Virus record (IMG/VR): IMGVR_UViG_3300020152_000002
Span: 1 to 64,000 of that record
Source: a virus
Strand: one strand, 5' to 3'
DNA: 64,000 nucleotides
Below the pieces are notes generated by a model. That model saw only the letters and a list, made by a program, of their open reading frames with translations, did not search any database and was not told where the DNA came from. This document shows positions 1 to 9,188 of this stretch, one piece after another (the stretch's first letter is position 1; the number at the start of each line of letters is the position of its first letter). The position numbers were made by a program, and so were the translations under genes.

Positions 1-755
1 CCCGTGAAGCCGAAGATCGCCTGATGCGGGTCGCCGACCGCGACCAGACGGCCGCCGGGCTTGAGCATCTTCTTGGCGAGGGCGCGACGGGTCGGGTTCG
101 TGTCCTGCGCCTCGTCGATCAGCACCCAGTCGTTTTGCAGCATCCGCAGATCGCGTTGCAGCGGCAGGTAGACCATATCGTCGTAGTCGATGATCTCAAG
201 GTTCAGGTTCGAGCGGTTCAGCGCGACCTTCGACATGGCGATCACCTGATCCATCCGGGCGTTCTCCGGCAGGTTCTCGTCGAGACCGAAGTGCGAGATC
301 ATTTCGAGCCACGCGGCGTCGGTGATCTGCGCCAGCGGAACGCCCATGGCACCGAAGCCGCGTTGCTTCGCCATCGACACGATGCCGACGACAGCGCCAG
401 CCAGTTCACGCAGGTCTTCACGCTCGGAGATGATGTCGTTGACGATCTCGGCGACCTTCGTGGCATCGACGCGCAGGGCGTGACGCTGACCGTAGGTGAA
501 GCGAAGCTGCTTGTAACCCGCCGAGTGGAAGGTCGAAGCGAAGACGCCCTTGCGGCCCGCCACGCGCTCCTTGAGTTCCTTCGCCATCTTCGAGTTGTAG
601 GCACCGAGGAAGACGTAGCCGGACATCAGGTCCAGCGCCTTGACGATGGTCGTGGTCTTGCCAGCGCCAGCGACGGCTTCGACGAGCGCGTTGCCCTCGC
701 CGCCCGACACCCAGTCGAAGAAGCCATTTTGTTGCGGGGAAGGAATGAAGGTCAT
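1..755 (-). CDS. UvrD/Rep-type superfamily I helicase, 5' part (runs off the left edge)
   Basis: Manual translation from ATG 755: MTFIPSPQQ (Q motif), EAVAGAGKTT (Walker A), WVLIDEAQD (Walker B), VAVGDPHQAIFGFTG (motif III); GGGAGA RBS. Not in the ORF track because it has no stop in the window. Confidence 0.92.
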   Translation of the reverse strand, partial: MTFIPSPQQNGFFDWVSGGEGNALVEAVAGAGKTTTIVKALDLMSGYVFLGAYNSKMAKELKERVAGRKGVFASTFHSAGYKQLRFTYGQRHALRVDATKVAEIVNDIISEREDLRELAGAVVGIVSMAKQRGFGAMGVPLAQITDAAWLEMISHFGLDENLPENARMDQVIAMSKVALNRSNLNLEIIDYDDMVYLPLQRDLRMLQNDWVLIDEAQDTNPTRRALAKKMLKPGGRLVAVGDPHQAIFGFT

Positions 756-800
756 GTGAGCGGGTCTCCCTGTGCCGGTTGACAACGAATGTGATGACCC

Positions 801-829
801 TCTCTACGCACTCCCCATCACGCAGTCAA
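801..829 (-). promoter_or_regulatory. sigma70-like promoter for the helicase gene
   Basis: TTGACT-N17-TAGAGA on the minus strand in the intergenic gap. Confidence 0.65.
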
Positions 830-832
830 CAA

Positions 833-1273
833 CTAAAATAGCTCGTCGGGATCGTCCATGCCGAGTGCGATAGCGAACCCGCGAAGAACACCGCGAGCCT
901 CGGACTCCTTTTCGCGCATCTGCATCTCGTTACGCTGTCCGGGCAGGAACGCAGCCCGCAACAGCAAGGCCAGTTCTGGCTCATTGGCGTAGGCATACCA
1001 GAAGATGATCTCCGACCGCATATTGGTCGGGCTAGTGCCCGTCGTCCGCATCACGGGCTCAAGCGTGATCGACGTAACGCGCGACAACAGCTTCTCCGGG
1101 GACACGGCGGGCGTCCGGTAGAAGGGCTCGATCTTCTCGGGCACATGAAAGCTGATCGTCCGGCCCATGAACTCGCCCATGCGGTTTTCACGGGGATCAG
1201 GCGACAGCCAAGACGGGATGTTGAGGATAGTGAGCGGTTCGTGAAGCTCGCGGTCCATGACGACAACGCGCAT
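833..1273 (-). CDS. hypothetical protein
   Basis: 146-aa ORF packed in the leftward operon; ends DDPDELF. Confidence 0.75.
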   Translation of the reverse strand: MRVVVMDRELHEPLTILNIPSWLSPDPRENRMGEFMGRTISFHVPEKIEPFYRTPAVSPEKLLSRVTSITLEPVMRTTGTSPTNMRSEIIFWYAYANEPELALLLRAAFLPGQRNEMQMREKESEARGVLRGFAIALGMDDPDELF

Positions 1274-1284
1274 GTGAAACAGTC

Positions 1285-1533
1285 CTAGAGAATGGCGAAA
1301 GGGTCGTCCTCTGCCGGGGTTTCAGCGAGGCAAGCGAACGGGTCGGTCTCGGGCTCCTTGGCCGGTGCAGAACCCTCCGGCCGCCCCAGCGCATCCCACA
1401 GCAGGAAGGCGGCCTTGCGATCCCAGCTAGAGTCGCGCAGGCCCCGGATGCCACAGGAGTAGACCTTCTCGTCCGGCACACCGTCGAGCATCGCCGGGAA
1501 GTCATTGGCGAAGAACTTCTCGAACGGCGTCAT
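1285..1533 (-). CDS. hypothetical protein with DPFA motifs
   Basis: 82 aa; ATGA overlap with upstream gene; ends TDPFACL...EDDPFAIL. Confidence 0.75.
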   Translation of the reverse strand: MTPFEKFFANDFPAMLDGVPDEKVYSCGIRGLRDSSWDRKAAFLLWDALGRPEGSAPAKEPETDPFACLAETPAEDDPFAIL

Positions 1534-2111
1534 TGAATGTCGAACTCATCATCGGCCACGGGGGCAGCCATATCGCGCGGTTCCCACCAGCCCCCGATAC
1601 GCGGGCGCAGCGGATCGTCCGGTTTGACATCGACGATCAGACCGTCCCCGTCGATCATGTAGGTCGGCAGCGAGTAGGTCGTCGAGTAGCTGGGATCAGC
1701 GCGCATTTGCAGATAATCGTAGAACGCATCCATGGCGTCCTGAAAGCGCGTGATCTGTAGGATGCGCGCATACTCGCGCAGTTCGTCGTCGTCGTGCCAG
1801 TTCCGCAGCCTGTCGAACGGGATCATGTCGAAGCACGACGCCATGGACCACGCCTGATACGTCGAACTCAACACGCGCTCATACCAGTAGACGCCCATGG
1901 GCAGCAGCGTCCCCAGCCCATCATAGAACCCGGCCCTGATCACCGTCACGAAGCCCGGTTCTTCATTCAGGGCAGCGCCCGGCTTGAAGTGACGCAGGAA
2001 GCGCACGACGGATGGGATCAGATACAGGTCATAGCGGCGGGGGTCAGACATCGGATCATAGGTCGGCAGGATAGGATCGCCCCAAGGGGTGACGCCAAAT
2101 CCGTAGTTCAT
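1530..2111 (-). CDS. hypothetical protein
   Basis: 193 aa; GAGGGG RBS; ends ADDEFDIQ. Confidence 0.8.
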   Translation of the reverse strand: MNYGFGVTPWGDPILPTYDPMSDPRRYDLYLIPSVVRFLRHFKPGAALNEEPGFVTVIRAGFYDGLGTLLPMGVYWYERVLSSTYQAWSMASCFDMIPFDRLRNWHDDDELREYARILQITRFQDAMDAFYDYLQMRADPSYSTTYSLPTYMIDGDGLIVDVKPDDPLRPRIGGWWEPRDMAAPVADDEFDIQ

Positions 2112-2129
2112 GCCGTCCGGCCCCTCTCG

Positions 2130-2858
2130 TTACATCAGGCCCGCGAACGGGTCGGCCTTGGGCTTCTGGATGACTTCGCCCCACTCGTCCACTTCGGGCT
2201 CGCCCTCGGCGGCCGGAGCGGGCTCCGCAGGGGCACTCTCGGGCTCGGCCGCGCCCATGTCCAGATCGGCGAAGGGATCGGCCTCCGGCGCACTCTCGAC
2301 GGCGCTGGCGGTCGGCTCGCTGCCCATGTCCAGATCGGCGAACGGATCGGGCTCGGCGGCCGTCAGGTCCAGATCGCCGGACAGGTCGATGTCGGCCGCC
2401 GGGGGCTCGGTGTGAGCCGCGTCCGTCAGGTCCGGGGCCGCGCCGGTCGTGGCAGGCTTGGCCGCCGCCCGGCTCCGGGTGCTCGGCACCGTCGCCTTGG
2501 GAGTGCCGCTGCCGCCCTTGGGCAGCGTGTCGTTCTCCACGTCCTGCCTGAACATGGCGTAGCCGTCCGCCCGCCTGAACGCCCAGCGCACGATGCCTTC
2601 GACCGGGAACGGACAGTAGATGAACGGCCCGTAGCGGTTGTCGCGGCCCAGCGGGAACTCGCTGCCCTCGACGCCCAGTGGCGTCTCCATCTGGTGCGGA
2701 TAGTTGCCGTCGCCAGTGTGCGCCTTCCACCAGAGTTCGTTCTGCTGCTGGATGCGCTTCTTGTAGTCCTCCCACGGCTCCGTGTTGCCGAAGGAGTGCC
2801 AGTTCGGCGGTTCGGCTCCGTAGAGAAGATACGGGTTCTTGGTAGTCGGAGTGACCAT
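2130..2858 (-). CDS. hypothetical protein: folded N-terminus plus acidic disordered tail with repeated DPFADL
   Basis: 242 aa; DPFADLDMG twice, DEWGEVI, DPFAGLM. Confidence 0.85.
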   Translation of the reverse strand: MVTPTTKNPYLLYGAEPPNWHSFGNTEPWEDYKKRIQQQNELWWKAHTGDGNYPHQMETPLGVEGSEFPLGRDNRYGPFIYCPFPVEGIVRWAFRRADGYAMFRQDVENDTLPKGGSGTPKATVPSTRSRAAAKPATTGAAPDLTDAAHTEPPAADIDLSGDLDLTAAEPDPFADLDMGSEPTASAVESAPEADPFADLDMGAAEPESAPAEPAPAAEGEPEVDEWGEVIQKPKADPFAGLM

Positions 2859-2859
2859 A

Positions 2860-4686
2860 TCAGCCTCGCGGAAGGGGCGGGAGGAAGGACAGCAGGACGA
2901 CGAACATGACCAGCGCAGCGATGGCGCTGCCGAAGGCCATGGCGATCATCCACAGCGGGTTGACGGAGCGGATCGCCAGATGCTCGACTTCACCAACGAT
3001 CTGATGGTCCACGTTCGATCCAGCGGGATAGCTGTAGGAGCGCGTCGGCACCTTGCCCATCCCCTTGTTGATGAAGTCCGCGAACCACGCCTCGATCTCG
3101 GCCGTATCCTGCGGATCGTAGTCGCTGTCGATCATCGCCGTCAGCGTCATGGGGCGACCGTCGTAGCGCAGATGGTCCTTGTTGCGGATAACAAGCGCGC
3201 CGCCCGTGAAGTGCGTCATGCTGTCCTCGGGGCCGATCTCACGATGCGGGTCAGCGAAGCCGTGCCGGTCGATCCGTTGCCGCGTCGAACGCAGCACAGC
3301 TTCACGGGCTACCAGAGCGGCGTCGTCGCGTTGCACCATGCCGTCGTAGTCGTATTGGCCCAGCCGCTTGTCGATCCAGTCCACCATCGGCAGCGCATCG
3401 TCCTCGGCCTTGGCCGCAGCCGACGCCGCCGCGATGTTTTCCGGCGTGGCCGGAACGGGGATTTCGAGCGCGCCGATGATCTTGTCCAGCACGTTCAACT
3501 GGTGCTGCCAGTAGTCGTGATCGTCCTGCGTCTGCGCCTCGTCTCGCGCAATCGCCAGCGCCCGTCGCCAGTCGTTCTCGTGCGAGATGATGTCGGCGAT
3601 GGCGTCCGACCGGCTGTATTGATCCAGACCGACGCCGACGATGCTCTCGCGTTGCAGCCGGTCGTGAACGTCACCCAGCGTGGTCTCCGGCGGCAGGTGC
3701 CGCGCCAGACCTTCCTCGCGCAGTTCCTCCATTTCGAGCGCCACGCTGATGCGCTCGACGCCGCGCGCAATGCCCGGATGCCGGACGCCGCCAGTCCCCA
3801 AATGGTCGGCCAAGGAGTGCCGCTTGAACTGCCCGGCCGCCGACATGCGGCTCACCAGTTCACGCGAGTAGAAGGTTTCGCGCGATCCCTGCCGCTGATC
3901 CCGGATCAGTTCGAGATCGGCCCGAACGATTTCCTCCGGCGTGAAGTGCTCGCGGATCGCCTCGGCGATCTTCTGCGGCTCCACGTTGCCCAGCGCCGGG
4001 CTGGTCTTGTTATGGAAGTCACGCGCCAGTTGCAGCGTGATCCGGGCGACCTGATCGCCGTCCTTGGCGCGCTCGGCGAGGATGCCTTCGACCTGATCGT
4101 CATAGCGCGGCAGCAGAGGCAGATCGGCCTCCGAAACCATGTCGTTCGACGGGTCGCCGGGACCGCCGTCAACCGGGGGCTCGTGTTCTTGCTGCGCCAT
4201 GTCGGTGCTCTCCTGTGCGTCGCGCGTGTTCCGCATCTTGCGGTAGAGCGACCATGCGATGTTGCGGTTGGTTTCGTCGCGCTCGTAGATCAGTTCGAGC
4301 CACGACGGCTCGATCAGCTTTTCGGCGGCGAGCCACGCCCAGCCCTTCGGCGAGAACATCACCTGCGGAACCGACGTGGACAGTTTGAAGACGTAGCCCC
4401 AGTCGATCAGATTGCGGATCGCCGGGCCGACCGTCGTGGAGTTCAGGACCGTATCGCTCGTGTCGAACAGATGCCGCGTCTTCATCCCCGACGCATGACA
4501 GCGCCAGCGGCTCGGCTCCTTACCGACCGGGCGCGAACGCATCCGCACCTTGATCTCGGAACGCGCCAGCAGCGCCTCCATGGCGGCGCGACGAACTGGC
4601 GTCCACCAGCCCGGCATGTTGCTGGTGCCGTCGATATGAGTTTGGCGGTGTTCTTGAGTTGAGGCGCGGGTCACAGGATGTCCCAT
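2860..4686 (-). CDS. large hypothetical protein with a C-terminal transmembrane helix
   Basis: 608 aa with coding-like codon bias; hydrophobic C-terminus; start uncertain. Confidence 0.8.
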   Translation of the reverse strand: MGHPVTRASTQEHRQTHIDGTSNMPGWWTPVRRAAMEALLARSEIKVRMRSRPVGKEPSRWRCHASGMKTRHLFDTSDTVLNSTTVGPAIRNLIDWGYVFKLSTSVPQVMFSPKGWAWLAAEKLIEPSWLELIYERDETNRNIAWSLYRKMRNTRDAQESTDMAQQEHEPPVDGGPGDPSNDMVSEADLPLLPRYDDQVEGILAERAKDGDQVARITLQLARDFHNKTSPALGNVEPQKIAEAIREHFTPEEIVRADLELIRDQRQGSRETFYSRELVSRMSAAGQFKRHSLADHLGTGGVRHPGIARGVERISVALEMEELREEGLARHLPPETTLGDVHDRLQRESIVGVGLDQYSRSDAIADIISHENDWRRALAIARDEAQTQDDHDYWQHQLNVLDKIIGALEIPVPATPENIAAASAAAKAEDDALPMVDWIDKRLGQYDYDGMVQRDDAALVAREAVLRSTRQRIDRHGFADPHREIGPEDSMTHFTGGALVIRNKDHLRYDGRPMTLTAMIDSDYDPQDTAEIEAWFADFINKGMGKVPTRSYSYPAGSNVDHQIVGEVEHLAIRSVNPLWMIAMAFGSAIAALVMFVVLLSFLPPLPRG

Positions 4687-4895
4687 TGATGTTGCGTGAA
4701 GTCAGCGTGAAGGGCCACGATACACGCGGCGATCTTTTCCTGCAAGCCACCTTCGGGCTTGCCCGGTTCTACGATCCCGAGGATCGGCCGACCGGGGAGC
4801 GCGGGGTGCTCCACCCGGACGACGGCTGGCCCCCGGCCGAAGTCGAACTCGCGCACCGCGCAAGCCGCCACAAAGGCCGGGGGCACCGCCGTCAT
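4671..4895 (-). CDS. hypothetical protein
   Basis: 74 aa; TGATG coupling to the upstream gene; ends QWDIL. Confidence 0.6.
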   Translation of the reverse strand: MTAVPPAFVAACAVREFDFGRGPAVVRVEHPALPGRPILGIVEPGKPEGGLQEKIAACIVALHADFTQHQWDIL

Positions 4896-5221
4896 CAGGC
4901 GCTCTTGCGCGCCTTGGACGGCCGCGCCGACGACTCGGCGATGCTGCGGGCGCTGGTCTCGCCGTTCGGGTTGTCGGCGGCCCAGTCCGGCCGCGTCAGG
5001 GTGCCCGCGAGGAACTTGGCGGCCCAGCCGCCGGGACGGCGCTGCGCGGCGCGACGCATCGTGTCGAGTTCCGACGCCGACCGGCTACGATCCGGGTTGT
5101 GCAGCGTCCGGTAGTGGTCGATGTTCTCGTTCCAGCTTCGACGTGCGATGGCGGCGGCGTTGATGCCGCGCTCACGATGCTGCCGCAGTCCGAAGGTGCT
5201 GCGCTTTTTACGTCCGGCCAT
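4895..5221 (-). CDS. basic hypothetical protein
   Basis: 108 aa; AAGGAGA RBS. Confidence 0.75.
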   Translation of the reverse strand: MAGRKKRSTFGLRQHRERGINAAAIARRSWNENIDHYRTLHNPDRSRSASELDTMRRAAQRRPGGWAAKFLAGTLTRPDWAADNPNGETSARSIAESSARPSKARKSA

Positions 5222-5234
5222 GTGGTCTCCTTTT

Positions 5235-5537
5235 CTACTCGGTTTCGTAATCGCTTCGGCGGATCAGCCACTCATCGTCGCCTGCGCCTTTGACAGCGTG
5301 GAAGTATCCCGGATTGGACTTCGTGTCCATAGTCGCGTTGCCGATCAGCGCAAAAACTACGTCGCGCGGTTCGACAGCTTTGACTTCCCTTCCCCCGATC
5401 ATGGTGATGACGGCGTTGTAGGGTGGTATCGCTCCGCCCTCTCGGTGCCGGGGAGAACTGACGCCGAGCACATTGGCGGGATTTACCTGCACCGTGTGCA
5501 GCCTGCCCTCCGCCGTCTGGACATGGACCATCGTCAT
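5235..5537 (-). CDS. hypothetical protein
   Basis: Start re-called at MTMVHVQ (ATGA overlap). Confidence 0.65.
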   Translation of the reverse strand: MTMVHVQTAEGRLHTVQVNPANVLGVSSPRHREGGAIPPYNAVITMIGGREVKAVEPRDVVFALIGNATMDTKSNPGYFHAVKGAGDDEWLIRRSDYETE

Positions 5538-5923
5538 TGCGGCACCGACAAGGGCCAGTCGCGGGCGACGGTGAAAGCGCGCATCGGGATCAGACGACGC
5601 CACGGCTGATCCGTCAGGACAGCGACGAGTTCTTCCCAGCGCAGGCCCTCGGACGCCGCCACCTGTTCGAGCGTCCGGCCGCCGTGGTTGACCTTGCACC
5701 GCTCACGCTGCGCCGGGGTCGGCTTGAACGTGAACTGCCGCCAGCCGTCACCCAGCAGGGCGTGATAGTCGATCTCGTGGATCGGCATGACCACCCAGCC
5801 CTCAAGGCCCTGCGCGATCTCGGCCGCCTGCTTGTGATCGACGCGCGCATACTCCGGCGACGGCTGATGCGGAGCCCGCACCAGATCGCCCGTGGCCGGA
5901 TCGTGCCAGTAGTGGATCAGCAT
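5534..5923 (-). CDS. hypothetical protein
   Basis: 129 aa; operon packing. Confidence 0.7.
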   Translation of the reverse strand: MLIHYWHDPATGDLVRAPHQPSPEYARVDHKQAAEIAQGLEGWVVMPIHEIDYHALLGDGWRQFTFKPTPAQRERCKVNHGGRTLEQVAASEGLRWEELVAVLTDQPWRRLIPMRAFTVARDWPLSVPQ

Positions 5924-5925
5924 GG

Positions 5926-6156
5926 TCAGTCTTCCTTGTCTGCGAAACGCAGGAGTTGCAGTTTTAACCGCTCCATCAACCAGATGACGGTGCCGCCGTC
6001 TGCGATAGAGGATGCGAAGTATTCTTCCTCGTCTTCATCGTATCCCATGATGACGACGTTCTTGAGCTTGCCGCTCTCGATGGCTTCCCTCAAGACCAGC
6101 ACTGGATCGGTGTCCAGACGGGTCACTCCCGGAAAGCGAACAAGCTCTCCCGCCAT
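5926..6156 (-). CDS. small hypothetical phage protein
   Basis: 76 aa; TGATG coupling. Confidence 0.75.
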   Translation of the reverse strand: MAGELVRFPGVTRLDTDPVLVLREAIESGKLKNVVIMGYDEDEEEYFASSIADGGTVIWLMERLKLQLLRFADKED

Positions 6157-6422
6157 CAGACTTCGCCCGGCCCGACGACGTAGGGAATGCGGATCACCGG
6201 GTGCTTCACACAGTTGATCCCGATGCGAATGCTGCCGCCTGCGTTCAGGAGCGCGAGTTCTTCCGGCGTCGGCTTGTATTGACTGACCATGAACACGAGC
6301 CCGCTATACTCGTCTTCTTCGTCGCGCGTCGGAAGGACGCCGATAGCGCCCCGCTCATTGGCGTTCCAGCCATCGGGCTCTCCGTGGCTCCGGTTCGCGC
6401 CGGGGATGCGTTCAACGTCCAT
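6156..6422 (-). CDS. hypothetical phage protein
   Basis: 88 aa; GGAGAGG RBS. Confidence 0.75.
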   Translation of the reverse strand: MDVERIPGANRSHGEPDGWNANERGAIGVLPTRDEEDEYSGLVFMVSQYKPTPEELALLNAGGSIRIGINCVKHPVIRIPYVVGPGEV

Positions 6423-6609
6423 TGTCTTCTTCCTCTCCGCACCAGTCGCACTCGGCGCTGTTGCACAGTCCCATCTCGTGAAGTTCGGCCGGGCCGATGT
6501 CTTCCCCGTCTACATCGACGTAGCTGCCGCTCGCCGGGTCGATGAAGACTTCCGGGTCGTCGGTCGGCGTCAGGCCCGTTTTGGGCGTCAGGCTGACGCT
6601 ACTGGTCAT
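6412..6609 (-). CDS. small acidic protein with a Cys cluster
   Basis: 65 aa; H..CNSAECDWC; GGGGAG RBS. Confidence 0.65.
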   Translation of the reverse strand: MTSSVSLTPKTGLTPTDDPEVFIDPASGSYVDVDGEDIGPAELHEMGLCNSAECDWCGEEEDNGR

Positions 6610-6991
6610 CGTTCTCCCCGCCCGCGTTCGTGTCGCTGAACGGCTGATCGCCGACGCCCGCGAACTCGGGAAGCTCCTGATTGGAGTAATCGGCGACGAT
6701 CCATTCCGGCGTGTCGTCGATCCAGTGGATTTCGATGTCGAGCCCGGCGATGTTCTCCTGCGTCAGGCTGTCGCTCTCCGGGTCGATATACAGAGTGCCG
6801 TCGTCATTGATCTTGTTGACGGTGATCTGACCGCCCGCCACGTCCACGGCGACCGGCATAGCCTGCATGTCGGGACGACGCGGGTCTTTCAGCGGCTCGC
6901 CGGTCGTCTTGTCGATGACGACGAGATACTGGGTGATGGCCTGATCGTTCTTGTCAACGTCAGCTTTGAGGATGCCGCTCGGGATCGTCAT
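6599..6991 (-). CDS. acidic hypothetical protein
   Basis: Start re-called at MTIPSG after AAGGAAAG. Confidence 0.7.
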   Translation of the reverse strand: MTIPSGILKADVDKNDQAITQYLVVIDKTTGEPLKDPRRPDMQAMPVAVDVAGGQITVNKINDDGTLYIDPESDSLTQENIAGLDIEIHWIDDTPEWIVADYSNQELPEFAGVGDQPFSDTNAGGENDDQ

Positions 6992-7322
6992 GGCGCTCTT
7001 TCCTTGGCCGACCACGCGGCCTCTTGGGTGGAGGGACAGCATCGGTTGGCAGCGTTGCTTTCCGATACACTCGTTTGCCAGTCCTCGCATCTTGACGACG
7101 GGCGATCATCATACCGCGCCACGGGTCCACCGTGCTCGGTTCAACCTTCTGCCATGGCCCCCAGCTTGAGATCAGTCGCTCCCGCCCCTGAATGAACATG
7201 GTGCGGAACTCTGATCTCTGCCGAAACCACCATTCACCCGTATCCGGGTGCTCGGTGACTTGCCGCTCCGGCGTGACGCCGAAACGGGTTCGCCAGACAG
7301 GAAAGGCTTCGACCCTACGCAT
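6960..7322 (-). CDS. hypothetical protein with a C-terminal AT-hook-like motif
   Basis: 120 aa; PKRPRGRPRK. Confidence 0.6.
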   Translation of the reverse strand: MRRVEAFPVWRTRFGVTPERQVTEHPDTGEWWFRQRSEFRTMFIQGRERLISSWGPWQKVEPSTVDPWRGMMIARRQDARTGKRVYRKATLPTDAVPPPKRPRGRPRKERHDDPERHPQS

Positions 7323-7662
7323 CCTTGAACGGGTCCGTGAAGGCGACGAGTTCTTGCAGTTCCAGCTTGTCGCCGATCTGACGCAGGCTGACAGGCTTGG
7401 CGCGACAGGCGCGAGCGAAGGCGCTGCCGATCAGCGCCGTCTCCTTCGTGAAGCTCGGGCGGCCCTTGTGATCCGGGTGATGCCAGATCAACCCGGCGAC
7501 CGTCAGGACTTCTATCACCGCGTCCAGATCGGCCTCGCAGTTGAACGCCACAGGCCACACCCAGCGCCGCCGGTCGCCCTTGAAGCTGTATTGCAGAAAC
7601 CACAGCTTCATGCGGCGCTTCTCGATGTCTGCGAGCAAATCCTTGTCAGACTTGGACAGCAT
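7315..7662 (-). CDS. hypothetical protein
   Basis: 115 aa; GAGGGA RBS. Confidence 0.7.
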   Translation of the reverse strand: MLSKSDKDLLADIEKRRMKLWFLQYSFKGDRRRWVWPVAFNCEADLDAVIEVLTVAGLIWHHPDHKGRPSFTKETALIGSAFARACRAKPVSLRQIGDKLELQELVAFTDPFKDA

Positions 7663-8002
7663 CAGCTTCCCTCGTCAGCAGGAGCGACACCGGAATGACT
7701 TCCCAGTCGTCGGCGCTACGTCCGGCCACGGGGTCGCTTCGCAGGCCGGACACTTCCGGGCCGTCAAGGCTGTCGAAGCCCTGCCCGGACCATTCGACCC
7801 GGACGTAGCCCTTCACCCACCAGCGCAGGGCGTCTCCGGCCGCCTTGGGAGTGGCGAACAGGCGCGGGGTGCCGTTGTGGGTGTCGGGCTTGTCCGGGTT
7901 GACGTAGGTGCCCCCGGCGCGGCCCTTGAACCCCGGCATCAGCTTCCCGTCGCGCTTGCGCCGAAGGGCGTAGAAGCTCTGGCCCAGTTTCAGATCAGCC
8001 AT
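7646..8002 (-). CDS. hypothetical protein
   Basis: 118 aa; operon packing. Confidence 0.7.
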   Translation of the reverse strand: MADLKLGQSFYALRRKRDGKLMPGFKGRAGGTYVNPDKPDTHNGTPRLFATPKAAGDALRWWVKGYVRVEWSGQGFDSLDGPEVSGLRSDPVAGRSADDWEVIPVSLLLTREADAVQV

Positions 8003-8213
8003 TGTAACCCCATTGGAATGACGCGATCACCGCCAGCATGATCAGGACGACGCCGCCGAGCCCGACGATGCCCGACAGTATCCAGCTACAGATCGTTTGA
8101 TCCCACTGAACTTCACCCGCCACTTCGTTCCACCGTTGACCTTGGCGGAACACCGCCCGCGCCAGACCGCAGCACAGGACGCCGGGGATCAGGAAGCCGA
8201 GAACCTGCCACAT
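7995..8213 (-). CDS. small two-TM membrane protein
   Basis: Two hydrophobic segments in 72 aa. Confidence 0.65.
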   Translation of the reverse strand: MWQVLGFLIPGVLCCGLARAVFRQGQRWNEVAGEVQWDQTICSWILSGIVGLGGVVLIMLAVIASFQWGYNG

Positions 8214-8214
8214 G

Positions 8215-8541
8215 TCAGTCTTCCAGCGGTTCCAGACAGAGCGGATAGCCGAAGTCCGCCGCCTCGTCTATGATGACGACGATCCTGAACGCGCTACCCG
8301 TCGTGGACAGCCCCGGCATGTGGTTCTGGTTCGCCCGCAGGATCGCTTCGCGGCGTTCCTCGTTGCTGAACACGACATCCGGGTTCGGACGTTCGGCGTG
8401 ACCGAAGATGTTTGGCATGACGCCGCGTTCGGACGTATAGAACTTCCCGCTGCGCTTGAAGATGTAGAAGGTCGCGTTCTTTGCCGGGATCGGGACTGCG
8501 CCCTTGGCCGGTTCCAGATCGGTCAGGTTCTCAAGGTCCAT
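8215..8541 (-). CDS. hypothetical protein
   Basis: 108 aa; TGATG coupling. Confidence 0.75.
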   Translation of the reverse strand: MDLENLTDLEPAKGAVPIPAKNATFYIFKRSGKFYTSERGVMPNIFGHAERPNPDVVFSNEERREAILRANQNHMPGLSTTGSAFRIVVIIDEAADFGYPLCLEPLED

Positions 8542-9188
8542 CAGTTCATCCCTCCGGTGTAGTGTTCACCGCTGCCGCCGCATTCCTGGCAGCGTGATCC
8601 GTCCTTCGCGCGGCCGGTGCTTTCGCATTCGGTGCAGGGCGTCGAGACGACGATCTTGACCGGCTCGTATTCCATGCCCAGCAGGCGGCAGGCTTCCTTG
8701 CTCAAGGAGCCGTCAGGATCGCCGGGGTAGATGCCCGCCATCTGGTAGAGGAACAGCCCCTCGCGGACCCGCATCAGCAGCTTGCCAAGGTGGTTCTCAC
8801 CGTGGCCGCCGCAGACGCCCCAGTAGCAGTCGCCCCATGTGTTGCCTTCGATCAGTTCGACCGGCGGATTGACCGTCGCCAACAGCTTGTCGCGCAGATC
8901 GGTGTTCAGCAGGAACTTCGACCGCAGGACAGCGAGCATGATGTCGAGCTTCCGGTCGTGGAAGTCCGGCGACCAAAGGTGCTTGAACGCCTTGGCATGT
9001 TTCTTGGTCTCGCCCGGCGTCGGGAGCACCCTGATCTTCTCGCGGTGCGGGCTGCCGTCCGGGAACTTCGCGGCCTGATAGGCGTGTTCGCTCGTCGGAT
9101 AGACGACGCCTTCGTAAACACAGGTTGCGTAGTAGAAGTTGGACAGGTAGCGGTTCGGCCCGTCGAATGAAGTGATCGCCACCATCAC
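8541..9188 (-). CDS. NADAR (YbiA/DUF1768) family hydrolase with a C-terminal CxxC zinc ribbon
   Basis: LSNFY, YPTSEHAYQAAKF, LIEGNTWGDCYWG, GENHLGKLLMRVR are NADAR signature motifs; CTECESTG...CQECGGSG tail. Confidence 0.92.
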   Translation of the reverse strand: MMVAITSFDGPNRYLSNFYYATCVYEGVVYPTSEHAYQAAKFPDGSPHREKIRVLPTPGETKKHAKAFKHLWSPDFHDRKLDIMLAVLRSKFLLNTDLRDKLLATVNPPVELIEGNTWGDCYWGVCGGHGENHLGKLLMRVREGLFLYQMAGIYPGDPDGSLSKEACRLLGMEYEPVKIVVSTPCTECESTGRAKDGSRCQECGGSGEHYTGGMN

